Below are positions 43,854 to 52,007 of a DNA stretch of 52,007 nucleotides, in pieces. Made by a program: the position numbers and the translations under genes. Each line of letters opens with the position of its first letter. The stretch's first letter is position 1. Source of the DNA: an uncultured Gammaproteobacteria bacterium (GTDB lineage: Bacteria > Patescibacteriota > Microgenomatia > UBA10105 > UBA927); NCBI GenBank assembly GCA_964400835.1, contig CAYNWD010000002.1, positions 25,604 through 77,610 on the forward strand, written 5' to 3'. The notes beneath the pieces were generated by a model. The model saw only the letters and a list, made by a program, of their open reading frames with translations. It was not told where the DNA came from and did not search any database.

Positions 43854-44536
43854 GCTTTTGAGGGAATCAGTTTTAAAGATTCTTGAACTGTTGAACTAAC
43901 TAATTTCCTTATTTCTGTTATGTATCTATTAAGATCCCTAGCTCTACAATCTTTATCTTTATATCCATCAACATCCAAATAAGTCATAACTTCTGAAAGG
44001 CCTTCAGAATCTAACTCAAACTTTGTATTTGGGCCAAATTTAGCGAGGCCCTCATCTTTTGAAACTGGTCCGAATAAATAATGAAACTTATAGTTCTCTC
44101 TTTCAAAATCTGCACTAAAAACAGCGTCAGAGATTTTCTGACCAACTATAGCCTCAATTTCCTTATCTTTTGGATAAAACTTTTCTTGAAATAAAGAAAC
44201 CAATTCTGGATATTTTAGTGCAGTTTTATTCAAAAGAGTGTGTCTTATACCTACCCTCAAAATATCGGTAAGTGGGAGTTTTGAAGTATAAGTGGTGATA
44301 ACGAATTCAAGAAAAGCGAAAAATTTATCCTCATCTTTAACATCGTCACAAATAACTGCTAATCTTTTGTGTTCAAGAAAGCATGCGAGTTTTTCTTTCT
44401 TGTCAAAGAGATCTATCTTAAGAGCATTCGTTTCCCAGTCGGGAAGCGTTTTATTGATTTCAGCCCCTATTTCATCTTTGAATCGGTAGAATAGCAGATT
44501 GGGCTTTATGACAAGCTCCACAACGATTCGTTTCAT
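43850..44536 (-). CDS. Island gene A: hypothetical 228-aa protein (size and an RVGIRH motif recall the uncharacterised TIGR04255 family; unverified)
   Basis: First gene of the operon. Leaderless-type promoter directly upstream. Confidence 0.5.
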   Translation of the reverse strand: MKRIVVELVIKPNLLFYRFKDEIGAEINKTLPDWETNALKIDLFDKKEKLACFLEHKRLAVICDDVKDEDKFFAFLEFVITTYTSKLPLTDILRVGIRHTLLNKTALKYPELVSLFQEKFYPKDKEIEAIVGQKISDAVFSADFERENYKFHYLFGPVSKDEGLAKFGPNTKFELDSEGLSEVMTYLDVDGYKDKDCRARDLNRYITEIRKLVSSTVQESLKLIPSKA

Positions 44537-44543
44537 CAGTCTG

Positions 44544-44572
44544 ATTATATACCTCTAAGACTTAGTATTCAA
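44544..44572 (-). promoter_or_regulatory. Promoter TTGAAT-17-TATAAT with a CTAAG-N-CTTAG palindrome (44555..44565) in the spacer; the -10 ends 7 nt before the gene A ATG
   Basis: The minus strand reads TTGAATACTAAGTCTTAGAGGTATATAATCAGACTGATG. Confidence 0.7.
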
Positions 44573-44598
44573 GAAAACTCTACCAAAATATCAGTGCT

Positions 44599-44802
44599 CT
44601 ATTTTATTAAGGTTTCTAAAGCAGTATTGAGAGCCTTAGCGATCTTGGTTAATGTCTTAATGGTAGGATTGCGCTTGCCCAGTTCAATTGAGATAACAGA
44701 CTTAGGATCCACTTTGGAAAATTCCGCTAACTTTTCTTGAGTTAGGCCTTTTTGCCTACGAAGGTTCCGAATTCTTTCACCAAGCTTTTTGTAACTTGCC
44801 AT
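44599..44802 (-). CDS. XRE-family helix-turn-helix transcriptional regulator
   Basis: GERIRNLRRQKGLTQEKLAEFSKVDPKSVISIELGKRNPTIKTLTKIAKAL is a canonical Cro/CI HTH. 67 aa. Confidence 0.88.
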   Translation of the reverse strand: MASYKKLGERIRNLRRQKGLTQEKLAEFSKVDPKSVISIELGKRNPTIKTLTKIAKALNTALETLIK

Positions 44803-44890
44803 ATTGACTCAAATATGGCGTATATGCCAGACTACGAACAGGAAATATATTCCAGATTTATTGATAAAAATACTGCTACGACAATATAAA

Positions 44891-45187
44891 ATGATGAAAA
44901 AACTAGAATACAATTTTGAGGACAGCTTATTTGAGAATATTTTTAATATCCTTCTTATAGCTAGTGCCGTCTCTGTGATAACTAGTCTCTCTTCATTTCC
45001 TCTTTTAAGTGCAATTGAATTTATCGTGGGTTTGTTTAATAAAGATGCGTTTGCTTATGTGACTGATAAATATGAGCCATTCAGGATTAGTGTATTCAGC
45101 GGTTTTTTGGGTTCTATTTTTACTTTCGCGTATTTGACAGTTAATGAGTGGCATAAATCCCGTCAGAGAGGGGGTGAGGCTACATGA
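44891..45187 (+). CDS. Small 2-3 TM membrane protein, unknown function
   Basis: Start taken at the ATG (MMKKLEYNF) rather than the TTG at 44804. Hydrophobic segments ILLIASAVSVITSL and VFSGFLGSIFTFAYL. Confidence 0.45.
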   Translation: MMKKLEYNFEDSLFENIFNILLIASAVSVITSLSSFPLLSAIEFIVGLFNKDAFAYVTDKYEPFRISVFSGFLGSIFTFAYLTVNEWHKSRQRGGEAT

Positions 45188-45387
45188 TGAAATACGCTAA
45201 GTACATTCTTGTGGCAGCGATTGCTGCGTTTTTAGGTTGGGCGTGGGGTGATAACAATGTGCGTTCAACAGTAAGTATGAACCTACAAAACGTCATTTCC
45301 CGTAGTGTTGAAGCTCCTAATGGAAGATGTATTACTACAGAAGATTTCAAGTTAATTGAATTTTTTTCTAATCCAACCTGGAAATAA
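45184..45387 (+). CDS. Small single-TM protein, unknown function
   Basis: ATGA overlap with the previous ORF. N-terminal anchor YILVAAIAAFLGWAW. Confidence 0.45.
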   Translation: MMKYAKYILVAAIAAFLGWAWGDNNVRSTVSMNLQNVISRSVEAPNGRCITTEDFKLIEFFSNPTWK

Positions 45388-45427
45388 AGAAGGGTTAAGA
45401 CTAAAGAAAATAAAGCACTTTTTATTT

Positions 45428-45453
45428 GTGTGTATGAGGATTACACACTTTTC
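45428..45453 (+). terminator. Intrinsic terminator after the two small plus-strand ORFs
   Basis: GTGTGTA-tgaggat-TACACAC followed by TTTTCT. Confidence 0.6.
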
Positions 45454-45791
45454 TGTATGTTTAGCTTCAATTCTACACCCACTTGCACGCAACTACACGT
45501 AACAATCATGTAACACTTGCGTACACACATATACCAAACACGTCCGCGCTGTGCGTACGTGTTAACCTCAATGATAAATCTCGCTGTGAAAATTGAACTA
45601 CTCCTCCCCTAGGTGCCTTTAAACAGGATTCGTATTAGAATAAAGAATGGTAATACTTTGGTTGACTAGTTAGGCACGTAGCTAGATACAAACGCCCACT
45701 GCCTATATGAAGCTAGAAGCGGGTTCCAATTCTCAATAACGTGGGGCACAAAAGATTTAGTGCAATCTCTATACTTTTCTCCTACCATTTC

Positions 45792-46733
45792 ATGGATTTC
45801 TATTCACGCACGAGTCCTGCCCGGAAACGTCGTTGGCCCCGCTTCTTTTTTGGGCTTGGGCTTCTGGTAACTATCGGTTTTATGCTCACGCGCAGCCTGC
45901 GGCCCGACCGGATCATCTCTCCCATCCCGGATGACCCGCAACCTGCAACCGGGTTTTTCTCGCTCTTTGCAAAGAAAAAAACTCCCGATGAACTAAAGCG
46001 CCGCATCCGGGAGCTTGTCGGCACGAATTGGAAAAACTACTCGGTCTTTGTAAAAGACCTGCGGGGCGGCTTTGCCATGGGAATAAATGAAAATGTCATC
46101 TATACCGCAGCGTCTCTGTATAAAGTCCCGGTCATTGCGGCACTCTACAGCGAAGCACAAAAAGGAACCATCGACCTGGATAATCGGATCACGCTGCAGC
46201 AAAAAGACATCCAGGACTTCGGCACCGGATCTATCCGCTATGATCCGCCGGGATCTATCTATTCGCTCAAAACACTTGCCAAACTCATGATCAGTCAGTC
46301 TGACAATACCGCCGGCTTTATGTTGGGCCAGCAGATCGTCGGGTACACGCGCATCGGCCAATACCTCGCATCATGGGGTATGACGCAAACCGATATGGCA
46401 AATAACAAAACATCCAATAGTGATATGGCTATCATTTTTGAAAAGATATTTAACGGGTCTATCACCAACCAGGCGCAAACCCTTGAAATGCTTTCGTTTT
46501 TTAAAGATACCGACTTTGAAACCCGGCTGCCCGCTCTGCTGCCTGCGGGCACCACGGTATACCACAAAATCGGAAATGAAACGGCTGTCGTCCATGACGT
46601 GGGTATTGTCACCCAGGGCAACACGGCCTACTACATCGGTATTCTCTCCTCGGACGTACCCAGCGAGGAGGAAGCAGACATTCTGGCAGGGCGGATCTCA
46701 AAACTCGTGTACGACTACCTGGTTACGCAGTGA
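45792..46733 (+). CDS. Class A beta-lactamase-like serine hydrolase / PBP-type peptidase, membrane anchored
   Basis: Trimmed to MDFYSRTS. Motifs SLYK (SxxK), SDN, KIG (KTG-like). N-terminal TM segment. Confidence 0.75.
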   Translation: MDFYSRTSPARKRRWPRFFFGLGLLVTIGFMLTRSLRPDRIISPIPDDPQPATGFFSLFAKKKTPDELKRRIRELVGTNWKNYSVFVKDLRGGFAMGINENVIYTAASLYKVPVIAALYSEAQKGTIDLDNRITLQQKDIQDFGTGSIRYDPPGSIYSLKTLAKLMISQSDNTAGFMLGQQIVGYTRIGQYLASWGMTQTDMANNKTSNSDMAIIFEKIFNGSITNQAQTLEMLSFFKDTDFETRLPALLPAGTTVYHKIGNETAVVHDVGIVTQGNTAYYIGILSSDVPSEEEADILAGRISKLVYDYLVTQ

Positions 46734-49176
46734 GGTGTGCATGCTGCTGCGGCACCCTGACGGAGGTCCGCGCTTCAAAGGGGAGTAATTTCGTCAAGGC
46801 AACTTTCAGAACTTCGTCCATATGCTCCACGAAATGGAACGTCAGGTCCTGTAATACATTTTTGGGAATATCCTCAAGGTCCTTTTTGTTGCTTTTGGGG
46901 AGAATAACGGTCTTTGTCCCCGCCCGGTGTGCCGCAATCACCTTCTCTTTCACGCCGCCTATCTCGAGCACTCTCCCCCGCAGGGTCACCTCGCCGGTCA
47001 TGGCCACCGTGCGGCGAACCGGAATTCTGGTCAACGCCGATACAATAGCCGTTGCAATGGCCGCACCCGCAGACGGTCCGTCCTTGGGAACCGCACCCTC
47101 GGGCACATGGACGTGAATATCCAGTTTTTGATAAAACTTCTCTCCCAACCCAAGCTGACGCCACTTGCTCCTGGCATACGACAAGGCCGCCTGGCCGGAT
47201 TCCTTCATGACATCGCCTAATTGACCGGTAAGGGTCAGCGTCCCGCGGCCCGGCATAAGAGCGACCTCGATAAAAAGAATATCCCCGCCTGCCTCGGTCC
47301 ACGCGAGGCCGGTAGACATACCCACTTCGTCTTTTTTCTCGGCGAGATAAGAAGAATACTTGTACGGCCCCAGGTGTGGGTGCAGATCATTGGTTCCAAC
47401 GTGGAACTTTTTTGGTTTTTTTAGATCCGCTTCGGCGAGCTTTTTGGCAACTTTACGGAAGAGTGTGGCGATTTGCCGCTCCAGGTTCCGCACCCCTGCC
47501 TCCCGGGTATAACGGCGGATTATCTGCCGTATAGCCTGATCGGAGACGCCCACCACGCCTTTAGGGACACCGTGAAACTCCCGCTGTTTTTCCAAAAGGA
47601 AATCCCGGCCGATATGAAACTTCTCTTCCTCGGTATATCCCGGGAAATGAATAACTTCCAGTCGGTCCCGCAGAGCCGGCGGGATCGTGTCTAGAATATT
47701 GCAGGTCGTGATAAAGAACACTTCGGATAAATCAAACGGCGCTTCCAGATAATGATCAGAAAACGCGTAGTTTTGCTCCGGGTCCAATGCCTCAAGTAAC
47801 GCTGCCGAAGGATCGCCGCGAAAATCCGTCCCCACTTTATCGATTTCATCGAGCATAAAGACCGGATTTCTCGTCCCGGCTTGCTTGACGCCCTGGATAA
47901 TGCGGCCGGGCATGGCGCCGACATACGTGCGCCGGTGCCCGCGGATTTCCGCCTCATCGCGGATGCCTCCCAAAGACATTTTGACAAACTTGCGGCCCAA
48001 AGACCGCGCGATGGATTTTCCGATCGACGTTTTCCCGACCCCGGGCGGCCCCACAAAACACAAAATCGTCGGTGCTGATTTGCCGCCGGATTTTTCCTTT
48101 TTCTTTGCGGTATCTTTGGTTTCCGCCTGACCGGCCTCATCTGCCATGTGGCTTCGCAGTTTCATAACCGCCAAAAATTCGGTAATGCGCTCTTTGATTT
48201 TATTTAATCCGTAGTGATCCTCGTTGAGGACTTTCTGCGCGTCCTTCATGTTGACGTTATTGGGACTCGTTATGGCCCACGGCAGTTCCACGAGCCAATC
48301 CAGGTACGTGCGCACATAGGAGGCCTCCGGGTTATACTGAGACATTCCGGCGAGCCGAGAGAGTTCTTTTTCCGCCTTTATCTGCACTTCTTTGGGCATG
48401 CCGGCTTTTTTGATCTTGTCGGCGAGCTCCTTTACTTCTTTGTTCTCATCGTTTTCACCCAGCTCTTTTTCTATGGTTTTCATGCGTTCCCGCAGGACCT
48501 GCTCGCGCATGTTTTTTTCAAATTTTTCCTGTGTTTTGTTGGCGATCTTTTTCTCTATTTCCAATATTTTAATCTCGCGGGCAATGAAGGAAATTTCCAT
48601 CTCCAGCCTCTGTTTCACCGAAGAAACTTCCAACAGCGCCTGGCGCTCGTGCGGTTTTATATCCAAAACTCCCGCGATCTGATGAGACAATGCAAGCGGG
48701 GTGATGCCGGACATAATATTCATAAACGTCAGAAAATCCATGGTTTTCCCGAGTTTCACCGCGCGCCGCAACTCGTTGGTCAAAAAATTGAAGAACGCTT
48801 TGGTTTCATCGTCTGTTTCCTCGACATCGGTCGTCTCCGCAACCGTCGCCACAAAGTACGGCTCGACGGATTCGTAGGAAAGGATATTTACTTTCGCAAT
48901 CCCGCGCACCAGGGCATTGATTTCCCCTTCATTGCGCATCATCTGCACGATTTCGCCGACGGTCCCCAGCTGGTAGAGATCTGACGGCGTCGGATCATTG
49001 ATCGTGGGGTTTTTTTGCATGAGGAGAACAACGCGCTTTCCCGATGTTTGGGCTGCGTCAATCGCCGCCACGGAACGGGCCCTGCCGAACGTCAAAATCA
49101 TCTCTGTCCCGGGGAATACGATGCCGTCGCGGATGGGAACGACCGGCAGAATATGTTGAAGAGGATTGGATTCCAT
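46723..49176 (-). CDS. lon: ATP-dependent Lon protease
   Basis: 817 aa. [15 protein letters not shown]-domain, GPPGVGKTS Walker A, PKDGPSAG catalytic Ser motif. Confidence 0.95.
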   Translation of the reverse strand: MESNPLQHILPVVPIRDGIVFPGTEMILTFGRARSVAAIDAAQTSGKRVVLLMQKNPTINDPTPSDLYQLGTVGEIVQMMRNEGEINALVRGIAKVNILSYESVEPYFVATVAETTDVEETDDETKAFFNFLTNELRRAVKLGKTMDFLTFMNIMSGITPLALSHQIAGVLDIKPHERQALLEVSSVKQRLEMEISFIAREIKILEIEKKIANKTQEKFEKNMREQVLRERMKTIEKELGENDENKEVKELADKIKKAGMPKEVQIKAEKELSRLAGMSQYNPEASYVRTYLDWLVELPWAITSPNNVNMKDAQKVLNEDHYGLNKIKERITEFLAVMKLRSHMADEAGQAETKDTAKKKEKSGGKSAPTILCFVGPPGVGKTSIGKSIARSLGRKFVKMSLGGIRDEAEIRGHRRTYVGAMPGRIIQGVKQAGTRNPVFMLDEIDKVGTDFRGDPSAALLEALDPEQNYAFSDHYLEAPFDLSEVFFITTCNILDTIPPALRDRLEVIHFPGYTEEEKFHIGRDFLLEKQREFHGVPKGVVGVSDQAIRQIIRRYTREAGVRNLERQIATLFRKVAKKLAEADLKKPKKFHVGTNDLHPHLGPYKYSSYLAEKKDEVGMSTGLAWTEAGGDILFIEVALMPGRGTLTLTGQLGDVMKESGQAALSYARSKWRQLGLGEKFYQKLDIHVHVPEGAVPKDGPSAGAAIATAIVSALTRIPVRRTVAMTGEVTLRGRVLEIGGVKEKVIAAHRAGTKTVILPKSNKKDLEDIPKNVLQDLTFHFVEHMDEVLKVALTKLLPFEARTSVRVPQQHAHLTA

Positions 49177-49185
49177 ATAGTGTAT

Positions 49186-49212
49186 TTAGCACTCAAGTAT
49201 AACAACTGCTAA
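49186..49212. promoter_or_regulatory. CIRCE-like inverted repeat TTAGCACTC-N9-AACTGCTAA overlapping the lon -10
   Basis: The left arm matches the CIRCE consensus TTAGCACTC 9/9. The right arm matches GAGTGCTAA 7/9. The spacer is exactly 9 nt. Confidence 0.65.
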
Positions 49213-49224
49213 AGATCGTGTCAA
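49196..49224 (-). promoter_or_regulatory. lon promoter TTGACA-17-TATACT
   Basis: The minus strand reads TTGACACGATCTTTAGCAGTTGTTATACT, 19 nt upstream of the ATG. Confidence 0.7.
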
Positions 49225-49238
49225 GAGAGCATTCTGGC

Positions 49239-50099
49239 CTACCGAAATTCATTCAGTATGGGTGACATATCGGGAACCTCTGGGGAAAGGTCAACCAGCG
49301 CGGATTCACGGAGCGCCGGTTCGCGGTCTTCGCTTGTGGGCCTCTCTTCTTTGTAAAACACGCCCAGAGGGATCCGGTCTCCCCACTCCACTGCTTTTTC
49401 TATGGCCTTCATCCTGTTGTCCGGCACGTACGCTTCGCTTTCCAGTTTGTACACCCGCTGCCGGTACCAGGCATACGTATGGACTTTGTCAAACGTGACG
49501 CACGGCTGGAGAATATCCAAGACGGAAAATCCCCTGTGTCGGATCGCCTGCACGATCAGATCCGTGAGTCCCGGGATATCTCCGGCAAACGCCCTGGCGG
49601 CAAACGTGGCACCGCTCGTCAGTGCCAGGGCCAGAGGATTTACAGGCTCGTCCAGCGCTCCGTCGGGCGTTGACTTGGTCTTAAAGCCTTTTTGCGCAGT
49701 TGGGGATGCCTGACCGGTCGTGAGTCCGTAGACCTCATTGTTGTGGATGAGGACGGTTATGTCCGGGTTCCTCTTGGCCGCGTGGATAAAATGATTGCCG
49801 CCCTCGCCCAGACAGTCGCCGTCGCCGGAAACGACGATAACCGGCAGTTTGTGGTTGGCTAACTTGGCTCCCTGGGCCACGGGAAGTGCCCTCCCGTGAA
49901 GCCCGGCAAACGAATACATATTCATCCAGTCATACATATTGCCGTGGCAGCCGATGCCGTAGACAATGAGTCCGTTGTCGCTGTCTATCCCCAACGTCGC
50001 CAAAGCATTTCGCAGCGCCATCCAGATGCCAAAATCACCGCACCCCGGACACCACGTCGGGAGAAAGTGCGTTTTGAGAGAATCTGCGGTTATCGTCAT
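49239..50099 (-). CDS. korB: 2-oxoacid:ferredoxin oxidoreductase beta subunit (TPP-binding)
   Basis: Trimmed to MTITADSLKTHFLPTWCPGCGDFGI. GDGD...GGNH TPP motif. Confidence 0.88.
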   Translation of the reverse strand: MTITADSLKTHFLPTWCPGCGDFGIWMALRNALATLGIDSDNGLIVYGIGCHGNMYDWMNMYSFAGLHGRALPVAQGAKLANHKLPVIVVSGDGDCLGEGGNHFIHAAKRNPDITVLIHNNEVYGLTTGQASPTAQKGFKTKSTPDGALDEPVNPLALALTSGATFAARAFAGDIPGLTDLIVQAIRHRGFSVLDILQPCVTFDKVHTYAWYRQRVYKLESEAYVPDNRMKAIEKAVEWGDRIPLGVFYKEERPTSEDREPALRESALVDLSPEVPDMSPILNEFR

Positions 50100-50166
50100 A
50101 GGTATGTAAGTAAGGTGATCCGTTGGTTCCTTCAGAACGACAAAGGAACCACAAAAACGTGCTGCG

Positions 50167-51888
50167 CTAACTAACTTTTTCAACGATTTCTTCAGGATAC
50201 AAAGGCCGGCCGTCAAATTTCAGAATTTTTTCCTTCATCAATATCCCGGTGTGTTCGCGGATAAGCCCGGCGAGCTGGCCCGTGGCGTTTTGCTCGACAC
50301 AGACGAGTCTTGTGACCGGTGAGAGTAATTCCGTTACTTTCTGGGAAGGAAACGGAAACAGCCAGGAAAAGTGGATGAGCCTTGATTTTTTGCCTTGGCT
50401 AGTGAGAATCCGCATGGCTTCCCGGATGGGCCCTTTGGTCGTCCCCCAGGAAACGAACGTTATCTGGGCATCCTCATCCCCATAGACAAACGGCGGAAGG
50501 CTCGCTTTCTCGATCGCAGCAGCTTTTCGCAGGCGTTTTTGCACTTGAAGTGAGCGGCCGGCCGCATCCTCGGTGACATGGCCTGTTTCGTCGTGCTCAT
50601 AAGAATTTGCCCAATAGACTCCGTTTTTTGTTCCAGGTGTACTCATGGTCGAAACGCCGTCCGGGGTATCGGCTGCATAGCGTCGAAACGGATCGCCTGC
50701 CGCCTGTGACGAATTGTCGAGACGTTTTCCGCGCCGGATTGAAACCGGCGTTGCAAAAACCGATTCTCCTATGCTCCACTGGCTCTCATTGAGGTATTTG
50801 TCCGTGAGCAAAAAAACCGGTACCTGAAATTTATCTGCCAGATGAAATGCATCAACCGCGAGCGTGTACGCCTCAGTTATGTCGCTGGGCGCAAGCACAA
50901 TCCGCGGAAACTCTCCATGACCCGCGTGGATGGCAAAACGCAGCTCTGAGGCTTCCGTATACGTCGGCATGCCGGTTGCAGGCCCGGCGCGCATCCCCAG
51001 ATCAATAACCAATGGCGCCTCAACCATGCCGGCCAGAGACAAGCCTTCTACCATAAGCGCAAATCCACCGCCGGAAGTAGCGACCATGCTCCTTACCCCC
51101 GCAACAGAGGCACCAATGGCCATGTTTATTCCGGCTATTTCGTCCTCCGGCTGCTTATAGACGAGCTTCAGACTCGCAGCGTGATCCGCTAAAAACGTAA
51201 TGAGCGAGTTAATCGGCGTCATGGGGTAAATCGCCGCAAACTTGAGGCCTGCGCGTACCGCACCGACGCCCAGCGCTTCGCTCCCGTTCATAACCAGAAG
51301 TTTTTCCGGATTGATCGGCGGGGCAAGGTGCATCGCGTCTATTTTGGCAAAATGTTCCTGCACATAGTCAAAGCCCGATCGCGCAATCAGGGTATTTTGC
51401 TTGACAATTTCTTCCCCTTTTTTCCTGAACTGATCGGCGATTACCGATGCCAAGCGGTCAAACGGCGCACCCAAAAGCGCGACCGTCAACCCAAGTGCCA
51501 TGGTATTGCGCATGAGGCTGTCCGCACTCATCTTGCCCACCGTGTCTTTCAGAGGCACCGGCAAAAGAGTGACCCCGCTTTGCACATCCGCCTGCTGTAC
51601 CTCGTAATCCTTGGGGTCAAAAACTACCAGAGACCCTTCCGAAAGTTCACTTTTATGTTTGTCAAAAGCTGCTTTGTTGAGGCAAACGAGAATATGGACG
51701 TCTTTATTCATCGCAAAAACCTGCTCTGTGGCAATCCGCACCGTCACGACGTTGTGCCCGCCGCGGATAAGAGAAGGGTAATCATTCGTCGCCAAGCTAC
51801 AGTACCCCATGCGCGAAAACGTGCGGCATAACATGGTGCCGGCGGACATAATGCCAAAGCCCGCTTCACCGCCTATTTTCCACGGCAC
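50167..51888 (-). CDS. korA: 2-oxoacid:ferredoxin oxidoreductase alpha subunit (fused gamma-alpha type)
   Basis: 573 aa with a GTG start. WKIGGEAGFGIMSAG N-terminus, followed by the alpha-domain. Confidence 0.88.
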   Translation of the reverse strand: MPWKIGGEAGFGIMSAGTMLCRTFSRMGYCSLATNDYPSLIRGGHNVVTVRIATEQVFAMNKDVHILVCLNKAAFDKHKSELSEGSLVVFDPKDYEVQQADVQSGVTLLPVPLKDTVGKMSADSLMRNTMALGLTVALLGAPFDRLASVIADQFRKKGEEIVKQNTLIARSGFDYVQEHFAKIDAMHLAPPINPEKLLVMNGSEALGVGAVRAGLKFAAIYPMTPINSLITFLADHAASLKLVYKQPEDEIAGINMAIGASVAGVRSMVATSGGGFALMVEGLSLAGMVEAPLVIDLGMRAGPATGMPTYTEASELRFAIHAGHGEFPRIVLAPSDITEAYTLAVDAFHLADKFQVPVFLLTDKYLNESQWSIGESVFATPVSIRRGKRLDNSSQAAGDPFRRYAADTPDGVSTMSTPGTKNGVYWANSYEHDETGHVTEDAAGRSLQVQKRLRKAAAIEKASLPPFVYGDEDAQITFVSWGTTKGPIREAMRILTSQGKKSRLIHFSWLFPFPSQKVTELLSPVTRLVCVEQNATGQLAGLIREHTGILMKEKILKFDGRPLYPEEIVEKVS

Positions 51889-52007
51889 GCTTTGAATCTT
51901 GCTTTGAGGCTCTCACAGCCGCTTGGTTTGTTTAAGTACTTCCGGTTAATCCGAGACTGATTAACACCTGCGCCTACCTCCCTCTCCTGCCCATTCCATC
52001 GATTCAC
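51873..52007 (-). CDS. Possible 3' end of an upstream gene entering from beyond the window (44 codons open)
   Basis: The minus frame is open from the window edge to the TAG at 51873..51875 (...NRKYLNKPSGCESLKARFKACRGK). It overlaps the korA start by 16 nt. No domain recognisable. Confidence 0.25.
   Translation of the reverse strand: MNRWNGQEREVGAGVNQSRINRKYLNKPSGCESLKARFKACRGK

Larger units (their letters stand above)
40545..45790. mobile_element. AT-rich integrative island of about 5.2 kb adjacent to the tRNA-Glu 3' end (serine recombinase, XRE, unknown cargo)
   Basis: Abrupt visible drop in G+C between the tRNA end and about 45.75 kb. The recombinase abuts the tRNA. The flanks are housekeeping genes (greA, lon side). 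The right boundary is approximate. Confidence 0.7.

Noticed and set aside
44861-44890. TTGATA-17/18-ATATAA/TATAAA as the promoter for the plus-strand membrane ORF starting at 44891.
   Set aside because: The -10 would end 0-1 nt before the ATG, so transcription would start inside the ORF. It is not a workable promoter for that start codon.
45716-45745. GCGGGTTCCAATTCTC, resembling the tRNA-Glu T-arm (CCGGTTCGAATCC), as a possible duplicated tRNA 3' end marking attR.
   Set aside because: The similarity is confined to about 11 nt with mismatches that break the T-stem. There is no acceptor-stem or CCA match. Serine recombinases do not generate long direct repeats.

Overview
Gene-dense 52 kb bacterial chromosome segment, almost entirely coded on the minus strand. 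The gene content looks like a small-genome Patescibacteria/CPR-type organism. This is an inference from DUF2207, a lamin-tail-domain protein with a PT linker, several GT-C/GT2 glycosyltransferases, a half-size TsaB and FtsEX-M23. Standard genetic code: RF2 is present and long ORFs are not interrupted.

Layout:
- 1-13.5 kb: cell-envelope glycosylation cluster. It holds GT-C membrane transferases, GT2/GtrA polyprenol-phosphate sugar synthases, Ugd, RfbA/RfbB and an RfbD-like reductase.
- 13.5-25.3 kb: t6A genes (tsaB/tsaC/tsaE), VanZ, an LTD surface protein, M23 peptidase-FtsX-FtsE, RF2, Zur-ZIP, RuvC, a DsbA-like protein, a KamA-type radical SAM enzyme and a PNPOx-like protein.
- 25.4-28.4 kb: MacAB-like exporter on the plus strand.
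- 28.4-29.0 kb: two tandem paralogous small ORFs, each carrying a C8 homopolymer at the same codon position. One is in frame and one is out of frame.
- 29-40.3 kb: VOC protein, SecA, a methyltransferase, a T-box-controlled small ORF plus SerRS, RdgB, an HD hydrolase, LysRS, an HDAC-family deacetylase coupled to an unknown 355-aa protein, and GreA.
- 40.47 kb: tRNA-Glu(CUC), immediately followed by an AT-rich island of about 5.2 kb (40.5-45.8 kb). The island carries a large serine recombinase, an XRE regulator and a promoter/operator-gated operon of three unknown genes. This operon is the best candidate for an undescribed system.
- 45.8-52 kb: class-A beta-lactamase-like hydrolase, Lon behind a CIRCE-like operator, and KorAB.

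Other non-coding signals seen by eye:
- A pair of homologous, structured intergenic elements of about 90 nt.
- A Lys-codon leader peptide/terminator arrangement upstream of the operon that contains lysS.
- A GraL-like terminator in the greA leader.
- Several TTGACA-17-TAnnnT promoters with palindromic operators in the spacer and near-leaderless geometry.

All calls rest on visual translation and motif recognition. No database search was run.
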